Assembly (NCBI GenBank): GCA_010093705.1
Contig: MU006089.1
Span: 3,312,061 to 3,376,060 of the forward strand
DNA length: 64,000 bases
Origin: Patellaria atrata CBS 101060
Lineage: Eukaryota
Direction: 5' to 3'
Part shown: in pieces, positions 25,433-37,691 of the stretch
Position numbering within the stretch: the first letter of the stretch is position 1
Layout: the number at the start of each line of letters is the position of its first letter
Made by a program: the position numbers and the translations under genes
Notes under the pieces: generated by a model
Seen by the model: the letters and a program-made list of their open reading frames with translations, nothing else
Told to the model about the DNA's origin: nothing
Databases searched by the model: none

Positions 25433-26406
25433 GTAATGAGGTTTTCGAGGGAAGCCAGCAAGACCAAAAAGAGCTAATAACCTGAAGAGGGACCTTCGAC
25501 ATTTTAAGCGGTTTCAAGAAATCTTTAATTATTTTCAAGTACAAGCTCTACAAGACGGTAGTTTTGGCGACCTCATAATTCCCCGCCACCTGTATACACA
25601 ATATGCGTTCGGTAACTCGGTACGGGGGGCTCGCCCTATATTGCATATTAACCAGAGCCTAGCGTGCAAGGTTGAGTGTATTGTCCAAGGAATCATATAC
25701 TCGTGGCAAGACCAGATTAAGGGTGTGAGGTCGTTGATTATTAGTATCTAGTGCGGGGCAATGTCGAAAATTAATATACCTATACTTATATCTGGGTTTG
25801 AATTGGCACAGTTGGGAACATATATTGGTGAGGAAGACGTCGCTCCCACCAGAAAGCACTTTGCGATATATTTCCGCAATAACTAGCATTCAGGCAACCC
25901 AGATGATATACCTAGGGTGTAAGGGATTCCACGGGTGTGACACCTAGTCTTTATTCCTCCATTAAACATCTTCATGGGCTCCAACTTCCCAAATAAGTTG
26001 TTATAAAAGATCACATGTTACCTTCAAAGTTAACCTGGAGCTCATGCTACGCTCCAGCTTGCTGAAAAAAGTGCTTTGGATAAAGCGAACAAGAATTATT
26101 GTCCGCTTCCCCTTGATTGTAGACAAAGGGAACAAATGTTATTGTCTACCTTACTTTCCTTTGACTATATCTTCATTCTTTATCACCTGTTATAATGACA
26201 TTGTCGAACTATTAGAGAAAACAAAGAGCAAACGTGGATGCAGATGGTCTAATAACGCATATGAATCCCCTATTTAAGATAGGCCCCTATCCGGAGCATA
26301 ACCATACTTCCTAGAGTCTACAAATCAATTTACTATAACAACATCAACACAAAATTGAAAACCAAGGTCAAGCAAAGCCTGACTAACAAAAAGACCCATT
26401 TCCAAC

Positions 26407-26787
26407 ATGAAGATCCCAGTTCTTATCACCCTTACCTCCCTACTTGTGGCAACCAATGGCGCCGCTATTCTTCCACGTAAGGCTCCTCCAAAGTTCATGA
26501 GTTTCTCCTTCAGAACGTATAAAGACAACAACTATCACGTCGGCCATATGAGAACTGAGTACGTTAGCAAGGAGAATTTCTGCTATCTAATCGGAGATAA
26601 TAAGGGAAAGGTCAGCTCCATCAAATTCGATAATCAGTTCAAGGGATCTTGCGTTTTCTATAAGCAAAGGGAATGTAAGGGAGACCAATCCCTGAAACTC
26701 CTAGGTAGCGTTCCTGATTTGAGTGAAGGTGATTGGAGTTTCTGGAACGACGCTATCATGAGCTTCAAATGTTTTGCAGGAAAATGA
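26407..26787 (+). CDS. Small secreted Cys-containing protein with beta/gamma-crystallin-like (Greek key) motifs; candidate effector or antimicrobial
   Basis: 126 aa, intronless. Signal peptide MKIPVLITLTSLLVATNGA; CYLIG..KGKVSSIKF...CVFYKQRECKG...VPDLS...WNDAIMSFKC with 4 Cys. Confidence 0.8.
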   Translation: MKIPVLITLTSLLVATNGAAILPRKAPPKFMSFSFRTYKDNNYHVGHMRTEYVSKENFCYLIGDNKGKVSSIKFDNQFKGSCVFYKQRECKGDQSLKLLGSVPDLSEGDWSFWNDAIMSFKCFAGK

Positions 26788-28126
26788 ACTGGCAGGCTTG
26801 ACAGCTATCGAGGATAGAAGCCTCCTGGTACGTATTGAGTCGAACATTAGCTTTGAGTTTCACGGTAGGTACACATGCACTAATTATCTTAATATATATG
26901 AACTTTTGATTTTCCTCAATCTGGTCGCCATAACTTAGGGCAGAACCATTACACAACGAGTCCTCTAAATGTTATTATTATGAACCTAATTCTATTGCAA
27001 AAAAAAAAAAGAACAACATGTCTGAGGGGAATGACTGCAGAGTATTTGCCACCACTGCTTAAAGATTGAGGTGCCATTTATTTAACGAAGACCCTCACCC
27101 CGACTTGGATAAAAGTGGTGTTATAGCCCTAGAGACTGTATATCATTCTTTTTATACTGCATTTATAAACAAACAGATGCACGTACAAATTGTATCTCAG
27201 TAAAACAGGGAACTCAGTGTAGAGTACAGCTATTGAATGATGAGTTTACTACTGGTAGTCGAGCGTAAAAGGGTTTAGAAGAGACTTTATACATTTTACG
27301 AATGATTTGAGTACGGTTGTGGTTCGCTGAAAAGAAGATGAGGTGAATCAAAGTAGGATTGAATTTTTCCTAGAAGCCATGAGATTTATGGATATGCGGT
27401 CTTCGATATGGTCCTCTTGTTCGCTCAGTTATCATCTTCCGAAGACGTTGATTCATGTGTACAGCAAGCGTATGGTTGAGAGATCGCACCCTCGCATGAG
27501 GGTATATTTGCCTCCTACAATATTTTTTTGCAGTTGTGTTTAGATGCTCGTTATGGAGAATTTTCAGTCTACTGTGGTCTAACAAATTCAATGCAAAAGA
27601 TCAATATTGGGTTTGACAAAATTAAGCTTGAGACTTCCTCATTAGAGAGAGCGGACGGAACTAAGGTCTCGGGCAGGAGAGCATGCTTGAATTAGATTGT
27701 TGAGGGACTGGGTATTAGAAGTAGTTTAATATACTAAGTCCTTCTGGGTCAATTAATCAATTCGATCAAAGTTGCTTTGTGATAGCAGTTTCTGTGTTCA
27801 GAATCGGAAAAGGAGGTCGGTGTTGAACGGATAGACTAGACGTAGGGCACAGAGGACTCTCCTGACAATCACACGCTCGGCATCCCGATGATCTGCCAAT
27901 CTCCGCTTGCCACCCCTTTCGAGCTTTACAGCTAGAAATATCCGTCTGCTTTGACATTTCCTAAAGAATTAATGTTTCCCACGCTCTTTTTACCTGATAT
28001 AAGTTGCTGATCGCGTTCAAAGACTTCGTTACACGTATCCTTTGACTGGCTTTAAAAAGTGGTGTCTGCAAACGTGCTCCAACCGTTGTGTTATCAGTCA
28101 ATCCACCTACTATACGCTTGGTCGAA

Positions 28127-29416
28127 ATGCCCGGTGTCACCTTACCTACGATTACTCTGGCGGACGTTAAGTCACGAAACACCGAAGAATGTTGCTACGT
28201 TACCATTGGGGACAAAGTCTACGATGTCACTGGATTTCTTCAGGACCATCCTGGTGGGGGCGATCTGATACTAGAGTACGGTGGACAAGATGTTGCCGCG
28301 ATTATGAACGATGAAACTTCGCATACACATTCCGAAGCTGCATATGAAGTTCTAGACGAACTTCTTATCGGATTTGTCCCCAGAGAGAAGGCCATCAATA
28401 CCGCTACCAAGAGTGATCACCCAAGCGAGATTGTTCCTCTACCCCCTTCCGTTGCAGGATTAAAAGAGCTTCAAGCAGATGGTGCTATCAATGGAGATTC
28501 TACTCGGCCAATATATGCTTCTACAGGTATGTCTTCGGCAGAAGACCTGTCAAAAGAGACGGATGCTTCATCAGATTACCGCACACACAAGTTCCTGGAC
28601 CTGAACAAACCACTTCTAATGCAGGTCTGGAACGGCGGATTTAGTAAAGACTTTTACTTAGAACAAGTTCATCGCCCACGCCATTATAAAGGGGGAGAGT
28701 CCGCTCCTCTATTCGGAAACTTCCTAGAACCCCTCAGCAAAACCCATTGGGCGGTTGTTCCCTCTATCTGGCTTCCCCCAGTTTTTTATGGAACTTACCT
28801 TGCCAGTCTAGGCCTTCAATCACCTTTCCAACTCATAGCGTATTGGGTCACAGGCTTGTGCATCTGGTCCCTCATCGAGTATGGAATGCATCGCTGTTTG
28901 TTCCATATTGATCAGTAAGATTGTGACTCATTCTACTATTACATGTTGATACTGACCACATACAGCTATCTACCAGATAATCGTGTTGGCATCACTCTCC
29001 ACTTCCTTCTCCACGGCATTCATCATTACCTTCCTATGGACAAATACAGGCTTGTCATGCCACCAACTCTGTTCATTGTTCTTGCCATACCGTTCTGGAA
29101 GCTTGCTCATACAGTGTTCTTTTATAATTGGTACGCTGCGACCGCCGTTTATTGCGGCGGCATGTTCGGATACGTTTGCTATGATCTGACGCACTACTTC
29201 CTGCATCATAAGAAGTAAGATCATATACATCGACACTACAGCATTTGCTAACATATCCCTAGCCTTCCTGCTTGGTGGCGAGCGCTAAAGAAATATCACC
29301 TAAAACATCATTTTGCCGATTACCAGAACGGATTCGGTGTTACTAGCCGGTTCTGGGACTGGGTTTTCGGTACTGAGCTCGAGATGCCAGCATCGAAGGT
29401 GCTCAAAACTAGTTAG
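28127..29416 (+). CDS. SCS7: Sphingolipid (inositolphosphorylceramide-B) fatty acid 2-hydroxylase with N-terminal cytochrome b5 domain, 3 exons
   Basis: VYDVTGFLQDHPGG heme motif; His boxes EYGMHRCLFH, HFLLHGIHH, YDLTHYFLHH and KKYHLKHHF; FGVTSRFWDWVFGT. Two GT-AG introns; stop TAG 29414-29416. Confidence 0.95.
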
Positions 29417-30012
29417 CCGTTAGAGCGCGAACGTAGCTTGAAGTTACTGTGTTTTTGCATTGGGTTTGGAGCATGGGGCGTTGGGGGATACTGTCATACC
29501 AGATACCATTATTGCATAGGTGGTGAGGGGCTCCTATATCACATTCTTCTCTTTCCCGATAATCATAGAATAATATTAATAATTAGAAACTGTATTGTGC
29601 ACGAGAATCAACCTACAAGTTTGCTGAGGCGGACATGAATAAAAACCCTTCCTGTTGAACCTCTCCATTTGCTCCCTGAAGGCAACTTGGGAGTCCTGTC
29701 GCCTTGGCGTAATTGTTTAATCAGCAACTAAGGCTCCACCAGCTCCACCCGACCTCACCACCTCAGGTGTTGAATTCACTTTAACAATCTTAACCCTCCG
29801 TTTCTTCCACGTTCACTACTCATACAATTAGCAAAATAACTTTGTAGGTTCGGTAAGCGGAAAGTTTACAACTTGTCAACTCTATAATACAACTGAAGGG
29901 TTTGTTTCACTATCCTCTAAACCTGGTTTTACTACTAACATCCCAAAGTGAAAACTCTTTCTTCCAACCAGCAAAACCACCGACGCGAGCAAAACTGACA
30001 TCTAATATCGAA

Positions 30013-32015
30013 ATGTCTTCCGGCCTCGACGTTGAGGCCTTGCTTGAGTCTACAGCGAAACCTCGCGAACCGGAATCTGCAGAGAATCACCGCTCTTCTG
30101 ACCGTGATGACCGCCATAAAAGTGAGCGAAGCGAGCGTCGTGACCGTGACCGGCTGCGTGATCCAAGTAGAGATCGAGACCGAGACAGGAAACGTCGCGA
30201 TCGTAGCCGCGAACGAGGCCGACGTGACAAAGATACTGACGGCGACGAAGTCATGAAGAGCCCAAAAAGCGAGAAAGCTAGTGTGAACGGAAGCCATAGA
30301 AGTAGACGTCGTAGCCGTAGCCGTGATAGCGGACGGCATCACTCACGTCGTGATAGACACCGAGAGTCTGTGGATCCTGACGATGCTTACCGTGCGTCAG
30401 GTGGCGATTACTATAGAGGTGGCGGACGTGCTCGGTCCCGTTCTAGGTCTCCCGAAAGTGATCGATATTGGCGACCCTCCGCCCGTACCAGGCGCGACGA
30501 TCGCGATGATGATAAGGATCGCGATCGCGACCGAGAACGAGAGCGCGACAAGGACCGCGAACGTGATCGTAACGGAGGACGTAGCGGTCGACCTCGAGAT
30601 AATCGGCGGAGATCCCCTAGTCCACGGAAGCCCCGCAAGTCTCCCACCCCGCAACCCACTGAGGATGAACGTGATCGTCGCACAGTCTTTGTTCAGCAAC
30701 TTGCAGCTCGATTGAGGACTAAAGAACTCATTGCTTTCTTCGAGAAGGTAGGCCCTGTCAAAGAAGCTCAGATTGTCAAGGACCGAGTGAGTGGTCGTTC
30801 CAAAGGGTATGTACATCTCTTCCTCGATATTCTTGACCACTGACTGAAATTTTCAGTGTTGGATATGTTGAATTCAAGGATGAAAGTTCTGTTGCTCAAG
30901 CGTTGGAGCTCACCGGTCAAAAACTTCTGGGGATCCCCATAATCGCGCAGCTAACTGAAGCGGAGAAAAATCGTCAGGCTCGTTCTAATGAGGGCACGAC
31001 TAACGCGGCGTCCGGGGTCCCCTTCCACAGATTGTACGTGGGAAACATCCACTTTAGTATAACTGAAAGCGACTTGCAGAATGTTTTCGCGCCATTCGGC
31101 GAATTAGAGTTCATTCAACTCCAAAAGGACGATCAAGGGCGAAGCAGAGGATATGGCTTTGTTCAGTAGGTTTTCCCCCTTTCTCAATGGGCTTCGGAAC
31201 TGACGATGCTCTAGGTTCCGTGACCCTGCTCAAGCCAAAGACGCCCTCGAAAAGATGAATGGTTTCGATCTAGCAGGTCGACCCATTCGAGTTGGGCTTG
31301 GTAACGATAAATTCACGAACGAGTCAACCGCAAATCTACTCCAGAAATTCCAAAGTCCGGGTAGTCAGCAACAGTTCACAGGTTCATCATTCTCAGGCCA
31401 AGGGGGCCGTGGTGCTCAAGCTGGAGGATCTGGTGGACCATTTGACCGTGCTGGAGGTCGCGATACTGACAAAGGAGCAGGCGGTGCTAGCGCTCTAGAT
31501 GATACCGACGTCGCTGGCGTAAACTTTTCGAACTTTAGTAGGGATGCCTTGATGCGGAAACTCGCCCGTACCGAAGAAGGTCCCGAAACGAATGGTGATG
31601 ACAAGCGTAACCAAGCGCGAGCTAGGCCTGAAGTCAGAGCCACCCCAGTTAATGTCTCTCAGGCAAGTCGTTGTATTGTTCTCAAGAATATGTTTAATCC
31701 CGCCGAGTAAGTTGATTATCCCAAAAATTAAAGACACGTTTTTAACACTGTAGCAGAGAAGAAGGTGAAAGCTGGATCAAAGAATTAGAAGACGATGTTA
31801 AGGCCGAATGTGAGGAGAAATATGGTCACGTCGTTCACATTCATCTAGATCCGAACACTCAAGGCGACATTTACGTCAAATTCGACCGTATAGCCGGCGG
31901 AGAGAACGCGATTAAGGGCCTTAACGGTCGTTTCTTCGGTGGCAGGATTATTACGGCGCAACCAGTTGTGGATGCAGTCTACAACAGTTTGTTCTCGCAC
32001 ACAAAGGCCTTATAG
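30013..32015 (+). CDS. RBM39: RBM39/CAPER-alpha (PAD-1/Rsd1) splicing factor: RS/RD domain, two RRMs and a UHM; 4 coding exons
   Basis: RD/RS-rich N-terminus; [17 protein letters not shown]...[51 protein letters not shown]...[20 protein letters not shown]...NGRFFGGR. Confidence 0.93.
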
Positions 32016-33158
32016 ATGGCTAATCGCATCTTCAAAAATATGTGTTAGGCAAATCGCTGGTAAGTTCCCCAGATTGAAGTTCTCCTTCGTGCTCAGCTAT
32101 GGCTACCTCATCAGAACTGACTGTTTGTAATTAGATAAGAGTATCTGAATAGTCTCGGCAACTCCCTCGAATATCTCAACACCACTTCACCCACCCTCAG
32201 CCATCGAAGAGCTTAGATTTTAGGAAACGGCACCGTAACAGGTTTCCTCCCATCCAATCGATAACAGCAAGCTTGACGATCCATTTACGGTTTATAGGTT
32301 TCACTAGTCTCATAGACCAAGATCCACTCGCCATCCTAACCCTGGATCAAGATCTCTGCATTGTTTCTAATGGCGTTCGGTATATTGTTCATTGTCACTA
32401 GATCATGATCTTGAGTCTTGCTGTTCGAATCACCATCCCCTTAGCTAATAGTCGAAAATCAATGATAGTCAAGGATATCCACCAACTTTCGGATCTTATT
32501 CGCATGTTCACGTGATTACCCTGGTCAAGATTCTCATCACCGATTATAAATCATGTATCTACCGTTGTCCCTGCAGACGGTGCCACGTTTATTTTAAATT
32601 TTACGGAAATGTCCCATGGCCCAACAGCTGATACCTCTAAATATCTAAGTGTCTCTGGATACATGTAATAGCTTCATGTGAACAGTTATATGAGAACCAG
32701 TTTTGGTATGGCTTCGATTGCAAACGGTTTATTGCTTTGCGTTTGAAGAGCTATGTAGTTCTCAGTATGCTCCTCCACTCAGCTGACACTCAACATCACA
32801 TCTTCGCTCAATATACATACTTCTATACTTGCATCATCTATTCGCGCCCTCCGCTGCTAACCTTCTCTACATGTTCAAACAGGCTCTATCTAAGAGTGAG
32901 TCACGGCGGTCGAGTTTGTCTAGACACTTCCCTACCCACGCAGGGTGATTGAACATATGTAGTTCTTTTCTCCTCGCTACCTTTCTCTCCATTACAAAAC
33001 CTTCCTCCCCATCTTCTATCTGTTAGCTGCTGCGCAGACCCACCAGAGTTCTTGTTCGCATATTGAACGGCAATCCTTGGTCACTGTAAGTGACACTAAA
33101 GTGATTCATGTACCGAAGTGTAACCTGATTATTTTTCTTTCTCTTTAGTAACGAAGTC

Positions 33159-34589
33159 ATGTCGGCGGATTCTCAAGTCTCGCCTTTGGCTTTCAAGGGC
33201 AGTCTAAGGGGTGCTAAGCAGCTCAAACAAGATGTTGATGATCAGAACAAGCTTAAAAACGCCGAACTCAAGATCTCCCAGCTTGAAAGGCACAACCAAG
33301 CTCTAAAAGAGAAATTTGACAAAGCTCAGACAGTAATTAAAGACTTAGGCGGTTCTGAGCTCTCTCCAGTAGCTTCGCCTGTTGGATCCCCCATGAGTTC
33401 ATATTCGATCCCCTCTCTAAGACCCATGAAGAAGCCAGATACATCCAACCCTTTATATAAGACTCCACCTCACCCGAGCTCATCATGGGCAAGAGCAAAT
33501 TTTCCATCAATGGGCAGTATGTTAGAGGACTTCTCCGTATCATCTCCTGGAAATACATCACAATCTCCAACCTCTACCATTCAATCACATTCTGCGATAT
33601 CACATCCAAGTTTTCGAACTGCAGCACAGGAACTCCTACGGAATTATACCCAAAACCTTGCCCAACTATCACAGCATTCAACGCAGCATTATGCTGGTCA
33701 CCACGACCGGGATTCCAATACTTCCGATCCTTTCACAGATTCTCATAGCCCAGATCCCGCTCGTGTTCATGCCTCGATCCAACGTGCAGCCGCATATATC
33801 CCACCGCAAAGCTTTTCCTGGCGCCAAAAGTTTGAACAACAATACCGTGCATTTGAGACATGGGGCGCAATGTTCGCCGATAATAGCATCACAATTGAAG
33901 ATAACCGCTTCCAGGCTTTTATTGACACCTTCACAACTACGTATATGCAAGGGAAACGCGCGACCGTGTTAGGGTTAATGGATTCTCCTCTCTCGTGTCG
34001 GGGCAAGATAGCGGCTGCTGTAGTCAATCGTGTAGTCTTCCAAAGATTGTGGTCAGATACGATCTTCGATGGCCTGGACTCATTAAAGGCCAAAAATCTC
34101 CAAAACCTTCGGTCAAAATACCAAGATGCTTTCTCTCTCGGTGACCAAAATGACTGTCAGCAATGTCTCATGAACATGGCGGAGATATTCAAGTGCTCTC
34201 CCCAATGGCCAAACTACCACGCATGGTACACTGGCCTAGTGACTGGGGTGTCGACGGAGATAATGCAACGAGTGGGATATATCATCAAGGATTACAATAA
34301 TGCTTTCTCGAATCTTCTCACCATGATCAGAGCGAGTCTCAATGTCGTTCTTGAGGCGCGATCAGAGGATGTCGATTGGAAACTCGATTTCGGTATCTCA
34401 GAGCAACTAGTCGATCCGATGGTACATAACATAGTGATATACAATAACCCGGGACCTGGTCCGAAGGAAATACAACTTTGCATTTCACCATTAGTCACAA
34501 GCTTTGAACATAGTCTCGAACTGGACTCTGGAACTACTGTTTATAAGGCCCGGATTATTGCATGTCCACAAAAAAGTCGCCTTACATGA
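33159..34589 (+). CDS. Hypothetical protein (N-terminal coiled coil, Ser/Pro-rich linker, helical C-terminal domain)
   Basis: 476-aa open frame with heptad-like KLKNAELKISQLERHNQALKEKFDKAQTVIKDL. Upstream splice signals suggest extra 5' exons. No family recognised. Confidence 0.7.
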   Translation: MSADSQVSPLAFKGSLRGAKQLKQDVDDQNKLKNAELKISQLERHNQALKEKFDKAQTVIKDLGGSELSPVASPVGSPMSSYSIPSLRPMKKPDTSNPLYKTPPHPSSSWARANFPSMGSMLEDFSVSSPGNTSQSPTSTIQSHSAISHPSFRTAAQELLRNYTQNLAQLSQHSTQHYAGHHDRDSNTSDPFTDSHSPDPARVHASIQRAAAYIPPQSFSWRQKFEQQYRAFETWGAMFADNSITIEDNRFQAFIDTFTTTYMQGKRATVLGLMDSPLSCRGKIAAAVVNRVVFQRLWSDTIFDGLDSLKAKNLQNLRSKYQDAFSLGDQNDCQQCLMNMAEIFKCSPQWPNYHAWYTGLVTGVSTEIMQRVGYIIKDYNNAFSNLLTMIRASLNVVLEARSEDVDWKLDFGISEQLVDPMVHNIVIYNNPGPGPKEIQLCISPLVTSFEHSLELDSGTTVYKARIIACPQKSRLT

Positions 34590-35852
34590 TCATTTGGTAA
34601 GGGAAACTTTCCTCGAAGGCTTATCTGGTTATTGTAAGATAATATGGGTCCGCTCTCACTCTATTAGAAAGTCATGCTTTGGTGGAGTATTATTCATTGC
34701 TTAATCATTCATTCTATCCATACATGAAATTTGAATATTCTTACACTCTGAAGCCCGGTTGACATTTAGTGATTGTGCCATTGTAGTTGTAGAAGTAGGA
34801 CGCTCCACTCTTGTCGGTGTGCTTCCTAGATCTTACTTCATTCCCACTCTGCGGATACTACTAGATATTGTGTCTTATATCAACACCCTGCGTAGCATCA
34901 TCTATGTTCACCTCAGTCGTTTCTGGCAAAGATTCTCTCTATATAACGACTTTCCGTGACTCTACCTTCTGTAGTTACACCTCGAACTAACCATGAACAC
35001 GTTTGTAGAAAGTTGGAAGACCCTGAAGGTAAATTGAGCTGTATAAATGATTGTCTCGCGCACTCAACATAAAGTCATTACCGCGAGTAGCCCTAGCTCT
35101 TAGAAATATCGGATGAAGTTCTCTTTTGCACTCCACTGAATCATGGTGATATCAATCTATTGTACTAGATCTAGTCGCATCGGTGCAACATCGTTATTAA
35201 CTGAAAAGGCATATGGATATTTGGCTGGTCAAGTCCTAATTCCCTAACCTTCAGTTACTGGTGATGATTGACCGCTTTTACTCCTTGCTCCTCACTCTTA
35301 GGTTAGTTGAACGACAGCCACCGAGAGTTTTCACACCAAGTGAAATTCAAAGTAATAGTGAGCTCGGATATCTGTGGGAAACCCTCGACTTTATTATATC
35401 TCGGGAAATGCTTCTTCCTTCTACGCGGACCTTTGGATTTTTTTTCTAATTTCTGATTTATAGTTTACGATTGGACACGTTCTAAAGAAACGTCGATAAA
35501 AGGAGAGGATAGGTGACTGATCATTGAGCGGATAGTGATAGAACTATTAGTTTACTGTACCTGACCACGGCATGTCTTAAATTCATACAATGATTCTGGA
35601 ACGTATAGTGTAACTTAATATAACAACCTAGTTGGTAGTCGTTGGACCTTATTACTGTGCAGTAATAGGAGAATTTCGGGATCGGGTAAGGTGGTGGGGA
35701 AGCGATCTTAGGATCTTGTTGTCTTGGATCTTGCATGGTGGAAATGCTCATCCTCTGCCCCGGCCACCGGGATATCATCTATCTTGCAACAAAAGCTATA
35801 GCGATGCATTGATTCTTACCAGCAACATGTGGCAACCTCCGTTCTATCCAGA

Positions 35853-37691
35853 ATGCGGATGTCACCACCTATGCGAATTTCCGGAGCGCGCAGCAAGCTC
35901 TGTATCTGCTCGACAAGATGCCATCGACGCCACTTCCACGACTACTTCGTAACTCACCTACCTTCGTCCTCTCTTCATCCTGACGCAGGATCTTCTGCTG
36001 GTCCCCACCACAAACTTCCTCGAGATAAGTCGACACCACATGTCGCGCGGGATTCAACTCGATCTCCCGCCGCCCCTCCTCCTATGGTGGGGCCGGGGCG
36101 TGAAATGACTGTGGTGAGAATTCCACTCAAGAGTGCGAAGCATCATTTTGGAGCGTTCATGTCTCGTGGAGCTCGGCCATACAATGAAGACGCATACCAA
36201 GCGGGTACTATAGAGGTACCAGCATTCGCAAAGAGGAGGCCAATCTCTTTGACACGGAACCAGAAGACCGGACTGATAGGTGAGGGCACATCCGCTGATA
36301 GTGCAAGTGGAGATCCCCAGGTATTCTACTTTGCCGTTTTTGATGGTCATGGCGGTACTGAATGTAGTGCGTTTTTAAAAGCTGAACTACATGAATACAT
36401 TGAAGAGGGGGTCAAAAAATTCCAGCTGCACAGCAGCCTTAAGAAACGTCGGAAAGAAGGCCAGGATAACCAAGGCCTCAGCAACAAAGAGCAGAACCCT
36501 GGTGATGTGGAAGATAAAATTCTAGCACAAGCGGGGAAAGAAGCGTTGAATGCAATCGAGATGAAGAAACCAGAGGGTTTAGCCCCACTGAAGCCACCCA
36601 AAGCTGGCCCTGCTGATGCACCACCAAATGGTAAAACTGAAGAGACTTCTCCACCGGAAAGCGAATCGTCTATAAACCAGTCTTATAACCTGCGAAATGC
36701 GGAGGAACTGGAACGTAATCTCGTGAACGCTTGGAAGGATCTGGTAGGTGGATATTTCAAGCGATTCAAACCTGAATACTTCTCTACCGCTGCGGGTGGC
36801 CAAGGTCATACATTGGAAAAAGAAGTTGTTAGAAGCAAACAGTTACAGCCTTTTGTTGACCCTCCGGAGGACGATGAAGGAGTTGGTATTGAGACCGTCC
36901 TAACCTACGCTTTCCTGCAAGCGGATTATGACTTCGTCACTGCTCAAGCAGTAAAGAAAGAGGAAGACCCCGTGCTTGCTGATAAAGCCATCAATGAGGA
37001 TGATATACTTGGTTCGCCGTCTAAAAGCGCTAGACCTATTGGTGGCCCGAAACGCTTTATGGGGGGAAGCACATGTAGCATTGCTATGATATCAACACCA
37101 ACGCCGACACCCTTCTGGCATCCAGCATCACCTTCAACACTTGTCGTGTCACATGTTGGGGATACCCGAATACTCCTGTGCAAGACTTCTACTGGTGTGG
37201 CTGTTCCGCTCACAACTAACCATCATCCGTCGGCACCAATTGAAGCCACACGCATGAGAAGGTATGCGGCGACGTTTGTGACCGATTCCTTTGGCGAGGA
37301 GAGGGTCTCCGGTCTGGCGAACACGCGAGCATTCGGTGATATGAGTTCGAAGCGGATAGGGGTCTCGGCTGAACCTGAAATCCGCCGCATCGACCTCTCT
37401 CCAGCAGAGTACTCTTTCCTCGTCCTGGTTTCAGATGGGGTTTCCGGAACTTTAAGTGATCAAGAGACCGTTGATATCATCAAAGAAGCGAAAACCCCCG
37501 AGCAAGGTGCTAGGGATGTCGTGAGCTTCGCCACCGAGATTGCAGAGGATGCAGACAACGCCACTGCACTCGTTGTACGACTTGGGGGGTGGGAAAGGAG
37601 GAGTGAGGGCGGGTTGGGTAGTCTTGGAACAAAAGAACTAAGAGATTGGCGAAGACAGGAGGCAGAAAATCCACGAAGTCGGAGGCAGTGA
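35853..37691 (+). CDS. PTC6: Protein phosphatase 2C, mitochondrial Ptc6-like
   Basis: PP2C motifs SRGARPYNED, FAVFDGHGG, GGSTCS, VSHVGDTR, TRAFGD, LVLVSDGV and DNATALVVRL; Arg-rich presequence-like N-terminus. First ATG is 35853 (the ORF track starts at an upstream GTG). Confidence 0.85.
   Translation: MRMSPPMRISGARSKLCICSTRCHRRHFHDYFVTHLPSSSLHPDAGSSAGPHHKLPRDKSTPHVARDSTRSPAAPPPMVGPGREMTVVRIPLKSAKHHFGAFMSRGARPYNEDAYQAGTIEVPAFAKRRPISLTRNQKTGLIGEGTSADSASGDPQVFYFAVFDGHGGTECSAFLKAELHEYIEEGVKKFQLHSSLKKRRKEGQDNQGLSNKEQNPGDVEDKILAQAGKEALNAIEMKKPEGLAPLKPPKAGPADAPPNGKTEETSPPESESSINQSYNLRNAEELERNLVNAWKDLVGGYFKRFKPEYFSTAAGGQGHTLEKEVVRSKQLQPFVDPPEDDEGVGIETVLTYAFLQADYDFVTAQAVKKEEDPVLADKAINEDDILGSPSKSARPIGGPKRFMGGSTCSIAMISTPTPTPFWHPASPSTLVVSHVGDTRILLCKTSTGVAVPLTTNHHPSAPIEATRMRRYAATFVTDSFGEERVSGLANTRAFGDMSSKRIGVSAEPEIRRIDLSPAEYSFLVLVSDGVSGTLSDQETVDIIKEAKTPEQGARDVVSFATEIAEDADNATALVVRLGGWERRSEGGLGSLGTKELRDWRRQEAENPRSRRQ

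Noticed and set aside
34575..34589. Cryptic peroxisomal PTS1 (SRL) at the end of the 476-aa protein
   Set aside because: The protein ends SRLT, so the tripeptide is not terminal.
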